Assembly: GCA_002633005.1 (NCBI GenBank)
Contig: NMRA01000274.1
Location: forward strand, 200,153-264,152
Direction of reading: 5' to 3'
DNA: 64,000 nt
Origin: Phoronis australis
Taxonomy: Eukaryota; Animalia; Phoronida
Both the position numbers and the translations under genes were made by a program. The notes under the pieces are model-generated. The model was given only the letters and a program-made list of their open reading frames with translations. It searched no databases and was not told the DNA's origin. Shown here in pieces: positions 1-9,600 of this stretch (its first letter is position 1; the number at the start of each line of letters is the position of its first letter).

Positions 1-165
1 TTGCACATGCCGTCCCATTCATGAATGGAATATATGTGCCAAATTTCAAGAACGTATGTCAAAGGGTTTTGGAGATAGAGCAGCAGACGCCGGACGCCGC
101 CCGGACAGACGGACGGAGATGACGGCATAATGCGTCCACATATAAATATGTGGGCGCATAAAAAT
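1..165 (+). mobile_element. 3' end of a Helentron/HINE (DINE-1/pearl-like) non-autonomous element
   Basis: GGAC/AGAC-type microsatellite (about 85-117), then hairpin ATGCGTCCACATAT-aa-ATATGTGGGCGCAT (130-159) and an A run; this is the known architecture of such elements. Confidence 0.55.
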
Positions 166-506
166 GCATTCAGCTCTGACAGGATTTCATATGAAAAAGT
201 ACATGTTTAATGAAGTGGGAGATACGGTATTCCCTTGGTGATAAATGGGTTCCTCATTATGGTCCTCATTTTGTTTCCTGAATTGACTGAAAACAGAAAG
301 ATTATCACGACCATGAAGGTCTGCATGAGCCAAGGGTTCTGCCCAACTACCTCAATATTGTCTTTACAAAGGCCAGGACAGTTCCCACACTACCGCCACC
401 TGGTGACAGCAACCTGTGCCACAAACCAAACTGGATGTGATTACCCAGTGTAGTCTACTTATCACAGGAGGTAGTCCAACAAACCCGTTGTCAATGGATA
501 CAGTAC

Positions 507-650
507 CTGATTGGCTAGACTGAGCTCTGTTACTGTCTGATTCACATTGATGGCTGTGAGTAGAGTGACGATCGCCTCACCGCTGATGAAGTTTGAATCC
601 AGCACCAATGTTTTGAGAGTTTTGTTTTCTTTTAAAGCTTCAGCTAAAGA
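507..650 (-). CDS. TMOD: TMOD coding exon 7
   Basis: ttgcag|SLAEALKENKTLKTLVLDSNFISGEAIVTLLTAINVNQTVTELSLANQ|gtactg; LRR. Confidence 0.93.
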
Positions 651-3600
651 CTGCAATTCAAGCATCACAGACTGTGATAAAATTGACACCAAAAGATAAT
701 ATCTGTGGGTCTAGGTTGTCGAGTGTCTTACAGCCTTTGCAAACACTCTAACGTAATACGCTTCCTTTAAAATGTTAAAACTTCACAAGAGCAATTTACA
801 AAAGTTGAACAATCAAAACAGATCCCATACAATGATTTAACGGTTCAAGAGCAACACAAGGTGGGAGGGCAAAGTGTTCATTTACTGTACTTACGACAGA
901 GTCGGTAGCTGACAACTTATCAAATCTAACGTCAATCCAAAATTCTCACCTTGATTTCGGCAAATACACAAAAAATACAAAATAGGCAACTTGCATCCCT
1001 AATTTACACAAAAGTGATGCAGTATTGCAAATCAACACATACAGTGTCTCTTCAAAAATGAAAACACTGTTGGCAAGTTTGATTTTTAAAGACTGCGCCA
1101 ATTGAAATCGTACTCATTGTCAGAGATAATAGACGTGCACTTCCTTCCCACTTACGACTGTAACAAGAAAACTTGATTACCTCGTGCAAACTGGTCTCAA
1201 TAATTCTACATATCATCTGGTCCGTCACAATAAAACTTGAATAGCAACTTCTGAGAGAGATCAACCTGCTCTTTTGTCTAAGAATGCTACCAGAGATTTC
1301 TCATCGAATTATATGAACACAGATCTCCTTACCTTGACCACCCTGTCCGAGGCGGCAGTGTTGGCCATGTGTAGAGCTGTTAAGTTGGTGTTTGTCTTTA
1401 GTGTGTCTGCAATCAGGCACAGGCGCTCGATCGAAATGTTCTGCAAGGACAGGGAACAAATAAATGTTAAAGACCAGAGTTCGCAAAGGGTCCAATCAGA
1501 AATTAGTAACCCAGTATGGAAATGATGTAGCCATTGTACAAATCCCAAAGCACCGTCACAGGACTACCGTACCCCATTTCCAAAAATTACGGAAGGCGTG
1601 TACACTGGGATCACACACAATATTACGGTAAAAATTCTTCAGTTTGGGACATAATATGGCAGACACGTGAAATTTCATTCTATCAAATTTCTCAATAAAA
1701 TTAACTTCTCAGGACAATTTACATTACTTTTAGCATGGTTTGCATGACAACTATTATCAAACAACATTTGGTAACAGTTTGAGTATTTGCAACAATGTTG
1801 TAAGTCTCTGAGAAATAGCAATGTGGCAATTTAAGCAATCATTTTTGTCCCAAATTGAATTTTTTTTAACCATATACAACAACTGATACTTCCGTCCTCC
1901 TACTGGCATGGCAACTTCCAATACAGCGTTATGTTGACCAACTTAGCTTGGATAAATCGAAACTTCAGGAAAAAGTAAACGTTATTTTCTACTGATGATG
2001 CAAGAAGTGACTGATTGCCGGTAAAATAACGTCACCTAAAAACGGTGTCTTTTCAGAAGTGCTGATTTACGATTTCCCCATCATTTGGAAGGGTCAACTC
2101 CGAGTTGCAACCTCAGGTGATTGAGCACAGAACAAGCCTTGAGAATATTGAAAGCACCTACTGAAACCATTATGTCACGGCTCAAAATGACATTTTCAAA
2201 CCTGAATATGTACTATCATTATCATTATTATTATTACGTGAATGCCCCTTTTCACCAACCACAGACACACTCTATTGGCTGTTGAGGTAACTACACAAGC
2301 GTTAAATATCACCAAAACAAGCATTAACAAAGACGCATCCTAAGGTTATCAAGAAAAGTTAAACGAGTTCACCCACTCTTGTGACTGCTGTGAATTTCAG
2401 CTATTTTCACAGTGCAATACCACAACCTTGATTATCAACAGACACGGTTGCTTTAGTTACTGTTAACTAGACAAGCTGAGAAATGTGCAGGAGATGATAA
2501 AATGTTACAGACTGAGCCCATGGGACAGTGCTCAACAGGCTGAGCCCGTGGGCCAGTGCTCAACAGACTGAGCCCGTGGGCCAGTGCTCAACAGTATTTC
2601 TATTGCGAAAACAATAGGATCACCTCTGATTCGTCGTTGTTGAATGGTGAGCCAAACTGCAACAAATGTTACACACACATACATTGACGGAACCACTAAA
2701 AATCTTGAAATTATCTGAATTTTGCAAATATGATCTCAGCACTGTAGGTTCACATAAGAAAACTTGAGTGTAACTGATATGAAAACTAACACATTTCAAC
2801 CACTGTCAGTGGTTGATTGAATATTTGGATAAAATCAATCCTGCCAGAAGACACCAAGCGTAAAAGTACATAAAGCCCTAATTAAGTAATATGACTATTA
2901 TCTTGGAACATTCCGTTCCACACAATATCAAGCGTCAAATATTTTAATTTTGCAACGTTCACAAAAACCAGCGTTTTCTATCGTTATTTTGGAATCAGAA
3001 AGAAACTAGCAAGTGTTCATTTTTTTGCTTAATAAACTGCCTCCTTATTTTATCCAACTTTGGAATTGGCCATTTTTGATCCAACTCTATAGTGGTCAAT
3101 ATAAGTTAAAGCCACATAGAAAGGCAGTAGCCAATGGAGATTTTAAACATCCAATTCTGCGTAGCTGGAAGGACCCAAACAAACAAGTGGAAAATCATTT
3201 GTAGAGCAGCTTCTATAAAACAGAGTGAATACTGAAAAATGTCTCCAATTAATCCATCATATTCATACAAATAACACCTAACACGATGACAAGCATAAAT
3301 GTAATATACACGAGTCGAATCTTCGCTTACAACACAAAATTCTACGGTGTAATTGTCGTAGTTTATGTCTTTTAAATCAGCCACATTTTGCCTTACTTGG
3401 ATAAAATCTGTCAGGTTGGATCCAGCTCAGTGTTTCTGCTAACAGGCAATACTCACTCACAGGGGTTCTACATTTTAAGAACCAGTTTTCTCCACTGAAT
3501 AATGGGCATCAAATTAGTTCTCAAAATCTGGGACCCCTGTAAGTAGCTTTGACAACAACTGCCAAATATCCAATGTTACAAGAATTAATTAAAAAGTTCC

Positions 3601-6600
3601 AATGTCAAATAACACTGCCGTCTCAAACTGAACAAACCTTTTCTACACAGGGAGCAAACGCATTATACGCCTGACCTAATCTCTCAAGGAACTATGCTTT
3701 GCTCATCTGCAGATATTTCTCTAGCTCGTCACTAGTTCCGGAAACGAGGTACAAATGTGTTTTACCAATGTGAAACCTTGTGGGTAAAAACAGCACAACT
3801 AACATCGCGTTTCCTGTATTTTGCACTGAACACCACATAAGCAGTACAAGTACTTCCACTGACGTCTAGTACTGTTTAATGATTACCTTTATGTTGTTCA
3901 AGTTCAACTCTGTAAGTTTTGAGTCGTTATCTTTCAGTTTATCCAGGGCTTCACCAACGTCTGTGTCGTTGGGAGGTTCATCTGGCAGACTCTTGATCAG
4001 CTGGGCCTTTGCAGCAGCTAAAATGGACGTTTTGCAAACCTAAAATAGCTGCAGGAACACACTGAGCTGTATAGTTGTAGTTTACTGCTAGAATATGCAT
4101 GCGGAATACTAATTAAGATAATGCAGCAGGTATTACCTGGAGAATACTGTCAAAGTGTTTATCATTTAAGACCATGGATGTTTATAGGTACCAATGCTAT
4201 GGGGGCCTGGACAGCAATTCTCGAGCCTGTTGTGAATTTGTTGCTAGCCACTTGTGAATGTTTTTGGTTTGACAGATGGACAATTCTCTCATGTACAATT
4301 ACATCACTTAGGCCACCTCAAACCCAACTTAGCCATCACTTTAGGACGTTTCTGCATTAAATGTCTGTCGCTGCATTAGAGCAAATCCTGAATTCATACA
4401 TTACTTTGAAGTGGAACCCTGCATATAATGTTAATTTAGGGGTTGTATTCGAAACATACATTTATAAAAGTTAAATTTGTCACATCTACGGGATATACAA
4501 AACAACTGTTTTAGTATCATTCTAAAGATCTACCAATTTATCATACCGCAAAAAGCATATGTTTAACAATTACCATATTGGTCAGAGTTACTGCCCAAGG
4601 CATTTAAATTTGAGAATTACAAAATTAGGGGGCAAAGACAGCCGTTAAACCAAGCTCGGATGTTTGGAAACGACATTTTTGAGAAGTTGGGTGAGGGCGT
4701 TAACCTGAACACTCCAGTTACATTTATGTCAGATTTGCGAACAAGAGTCAAATAAAACATAGCAGGGAAGTATGTGGATATTTTCCAAATAAGGGAAGTT
4801 GCTATAGTAACTGGCGTTTCATACCTTTTGGGAGCTACAATTCGCACGAGACAGGCTTTCACAAAGACATGGGTACTTTCAATGAAGTCAATATTGAATA
4901 AATTGGGGGAAGGCATTTACTTGAACATGACAGCTTAAAAGAGAAAATGTTGAAATTTTGGGAGGCGGGCGCAAAGCTGAACACGGGAGTGAACCCTGGC
5001 GAGTATGTTATTTACTATTTCAAAAACTAAAAGTAATTCACTAATTTCTTAGGTGTCAATTAAAATTAAGATTGCTTCCCTTCACAACTAATAAAGAAAT
5101 ACGTGCACAAAACACTTTTATTGGAAAACTTACAAAACAATTTTCATTTTCCATTTCTAATGTATTTTTACTATAAACCTACCCACCCATCCAAGTGGTG
5201 TACGGGTAGGCTGAAGGGGAACAATGGCCGAATACAGATGTTAATAAGCCATGTCTCTAATAATCAGAATGGAAATACGTCATACTATAAGTATGGGTCT
5301 ACAGCATTATCAGTCGACTGAAACATTTAGCCATGTGTTAGCAACTACCAATCTTTAGAAATTAAATGAACGAGTAGCGATATCGCAAAAAGCATTAATA
5401 TTACTCCATACGATACAAGTATTTATACAGGCGCAGCACTATATAAACACTGTGACTATTATTACTAAGCTGTGTCTCTATTGGTTAGTAAAACGTCACA
5501 TGGTTAAGGCAGCTTCGACCTTCACAATCGCTCAGTTACTCACCATGGAAACCGCCAGCGCGGCTATGCTCGTCTAACAGAAAAGCATTGTGATATTGCA
5601 CCTGATTCACGATTCCTATGAACCCGAGACTGGCTGAAAATAACAATTAGATCAGGGGTTAACAGGAGAGAGGGGCGGGGCCTGGATTGCCAACAACTAC
5701 ACCGTGGAAACCGCCTGTGAGGCTGGTCGAGCATGAACGCATTGTGGTATTGAACTTGGTTCATAATGCCAGTGAAACCGAGAATGGCTGCGAAGAAGAA
5801 GGAAGGAAAGTCACAAAGCAAAGAAGCAAATAAGAAAATGAAACAGCAGCAGTAGAGGACCAAGAAATGAAGGGAAATTTAAAGAAATCTTAGATAGTAC
5901 TCAACTCATAAAGAAACCCTCCTTAAAAATATTTCAAAAAATTTTCCTGTCCACTATAAACAGATATTTCAAAAAACAAAATTCTAAAGCTAAATTTTGC
6001 CGAGTGCAGGTGGCTTAAAAACCAAATAGGCATTTTACTCTCATAAAATCAGTCCTTATTGTCATAGGGTTCCATTTTCATTACTAACTCAAGTCACAGG
6101 CAATGCGTACGGGTGCCATTTTCGAATTCACAATTTAGGGTTGATCAACCACAATAAACTCTGAAGCGTTCTCTTGAATTGTTGAAGGATTTGAATTCTA
6201 CCAAGATAAAGAATATTGAGAGATCGATTTTATGAGAATAAAAGGCGTAATCAGATTTTCATTTTTGCCAGCTCAACAGAGCAAAATGCAGCTTTAATGC
6301 TAACAACTTTTGTCGAAACTCATTTCCAAATGATACTTTCCAACACATTGATTTTATCAAAATAAACAGAATTCGTTCAAACATTTCATTGGATTTTTTA
6401 ATTTCTGCTGGAGCACTAATAAAATGGCAGCAAAAGTTGATTGTCACAAAAGTTCCATTTTCCTGAACGAAGGACTGTCATTTATGTAACGTTCCAACTT
6501 GAGTGATATCTGTGAATTGATGAAACATACGATTCTGTATTCTGAACTAGAGAAAAGAATGTTAAAAAATACAGAAGCAAGAGATAATAGCAAGGATTCC

Positions 6601-9600
6601 AACCAAAAACATTGTAAAAGGCTCAAATAAACTAAAACATCGCATACAGTAATGTTCACGTACTCCAATGAACAGTAAAGTAGTCCTAGTTCTTAAAACA
6701 AAAGTTAAGGTTATATAGGACTCTTGGAAAATGACCAAACTTGGCAAACTTCAGGACATGATATCTCAAAAATGGTTGATCGGATTTGTATGAAACTTTC
6801 AGATACTACGCTTAATACATGGTTCTCCAAAATGCTGCTAAGAATTGTTTTTAAAATTTTCCAACTTTTTCATGAGGGGCTATTGAAAAATAGGACTTTT
6901 ATGATTTTTATCAAAAAAATAAAAAAGTTTCATAAAACATAAATATAATTTAGAAAACAGTAACAACTTTTTTGAGATTTCATCTTGAACATTTATATCA
7001 AACAAAATTCCTTCACTGTTATTGATATGGTTGTTTGCGATGAACATACCTAAATCTTTTTTGGCTAAAGTTTACTAAAAAGACCTGGTCACATGACCCA
7101 ATTGATAGCAGATTGACGTAAAGTTACAAATCAAACTCAACAGGCTTTCTACTTTCAGAAGATATAATTACTGAGTTAAATTTATAGTTTGAAGATATTT
7201 GGTTAAATCCACCAACAAGTCAGTTAAGTCCTATATAACCTTAAAAGACAACTGACAATTTATGGGAAATACCTCACTTGATAATCATCACTGTATATAC
7301 CGGTATATGAACCCATACAGTTAAACGTGAAACACTTCAAGAAAATGGAGGAGCAAATTTTAGAAATATTAGGCGACTAAAACTTAGTAGACGGTTGAGA
7401 TGTATTTAACTTAACACATACTATTAAATGATCACTATCAAGAATGAACAAAAAGCACAGAAGATACCCAGTTTAAGATATGCACAAATATACGGGATAA
7501 CCCACCATGTCTGCATAGCGAAGCTTAACAGAGAATATTTTCTTTAAAAAACATTATTTTGGGTATGGGCATATGGCCTAAAACATGTTTTTCCATAAAA
7601 AAGCTAACCGGTAATTAAAAATACACAAATACAAGACAAGAAATTAAAGGTGACCACATACTTCCAAAGTCAATGCCAAGTACAAAAAACTGAGAGGAAC
7701 GCGCACTCAGTTCAGAGGTCATAGACTTACTCAAAGGTCGCACGTGAATTCAAAAAGACTAACGCAAACTTTAAGGGTGCCAACCAAGGTCAAAGGTCAA
7801 AAGTTACCAGCTAGTTCAACCAGGTCTTCCTCTGAGGCTTCACCCAGTACATCATCCCAATCTGTGCTAATCTCTTCCTCCTCTTGGGTCGGCTTGGGAG
7901 GCTCTTTAGGTCTCCATACTTTCCCTGGCAACAATTAGACAGACGAGTCACAGAACTGAGTTCCATAAGCACGAGACAGACGTTCCTTCTTTCAGTAGAT
8001 GTGGCAAGGTTTTTGCGAGGAAAACAAGTTTAGGCAAACCTATGCAAAACCACGCGAGTAAAAAGAAATGTTGTGTGAGTGAGTCAGTTTGGAACCTTAC
8101 AATCAATTACAAAATGGCTGGCACTGAAATGATTGGTTAATGATGTGGTTAGAACAGTGAATTATGGCATTAAAGTATATATAAAAATTTTTTCATCGAT
8201 TCCCATAGACTTCTTGCTGCAAAAGTCTAACAAGTATCTTGCATCTACAGAACATAACCTTGGTGTTACTAGAAACTTGCCTTTCAGTGACACCTATAGG
8301 TGTGACCCAGTTTGCTATTAGCCACTAGTTGTCACTAGTGTTGTTCCATGAGAAAAGTGTCTGACAAAATCCCAGTATTCAGGCAAATTTTTACAAAGAA
8401 AAATATTTGCATTGGGACATGAATTTGCTAAGACTCTAAATTCAATCAAATTTCGCAGGATTAATTCCAAAATTCATTGCCAGACAGCTCTCTGCTCTTG
8501 GCCAATGACTATAGCACCCTAATGCTCTGACACTAATTTATTCAATAAACAAACAGATGTTATCATATCAGTCCCACACATGTCTGACAAAGGCATTATC
8601 AAGGCCAGTCTACAGGGAGCTTCAGAACTTGTAGGGGTCCTTGGTGGCATGGGGACACAACAAACTAGTGGAAATAATTCCTGTAAACAGATTTATGTGA
8701 AATTTTTGGGATTCTGAAGTACATGGGAATGCCCATGGAATTTTAATTTAATTAGAATTGCACATGGATAACTAACACCATGACCAATGGCTAATACACA
8801 CTCTGTCCTGTACAATACACATTGCATAAGACATCCTGCAAATGCCCAATGTAGGTTTCTTAGCAATTTTACCTTCCTTGTTCCGGCAAATGAATGTCCA
8901 AGGCTGCTTTTTGACTAATTCAAATTCAACAAAGAGACCAGTTAGTTTTCGATTTCTAACTTTATTTTCATTGTTCAGTGCTAAATTAGTGCCAGCAATT
9001 ACATAACCAGTTAATTCAAACTGATGTGGTGGAGTCCTGACAGACCATGGAGAACACTGGCCTCTTCTAAAATTTTGACGTCAGACAGTTTATACAGTAG
9101 AATTCACTCAATTTGTGACATCAATTATAAAGTAAAATTGACATTTTTCATTTCCAAAGCAATGTGATACTGTTGCAATGGTATAGTTACAAACTAGGCA
9201 AGCAGCAAAGAAAAATATTCTAATCATAGACAGTTACTTTTATTGAAAGTTTCAACAAAACGAAATTGATTTTTACCAAATTTCCTCCAAAACTGATGAC
9301 ATTTCACCACAGGTGTCTCAGCTTTATACACAAAGGACGACAGAAAAACAGTTTGAATGTGAGCATTATCCAACTTTGATAGTTACAGTAGTATGTTTAA
9401 GTAGCAAAACTCACTAAATTTCTATCCTTTAAAGATTAGAACAGTCCCATTATATCCAGGTTCTCATTCAATCCCTTGTAACTAAGACTGAGCTCACAAG
9501 AGTGGGTGACACCTTCGTGCAATACTCAATTGTCTGCCAGTAAACCCAGGATTCGAACCCGGGTCTCCCAAAGGTGAGCCCAGCACTTCAACCACTGAGC

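Noticed and set aside
200-290. Possible next or terminal TMOD exon (acceptor ttttcag at about 287)
   Set aside because: In the required phase it reads SIQETK* and does not resemble the conserved Tmod C-terminal LRR. The true exon is probably left of the window.
885-960. Minus-strand donors GTAAGT (about 894) and AAG|GTGAGA (about 949) as TMOD microexons
   Set aside because: Candidate lengths (14 or 31 nt) break the frame, and the flanking exons already join into a normal LRR.
2507-2594. 28-bp hairpin-forming repeats resembling CRISPR direct repeats
   Set aside because: Units are contiguous with no spacers, there are no cas genes, and the context is a eukaryotic intron. Ordinary minisatellite.
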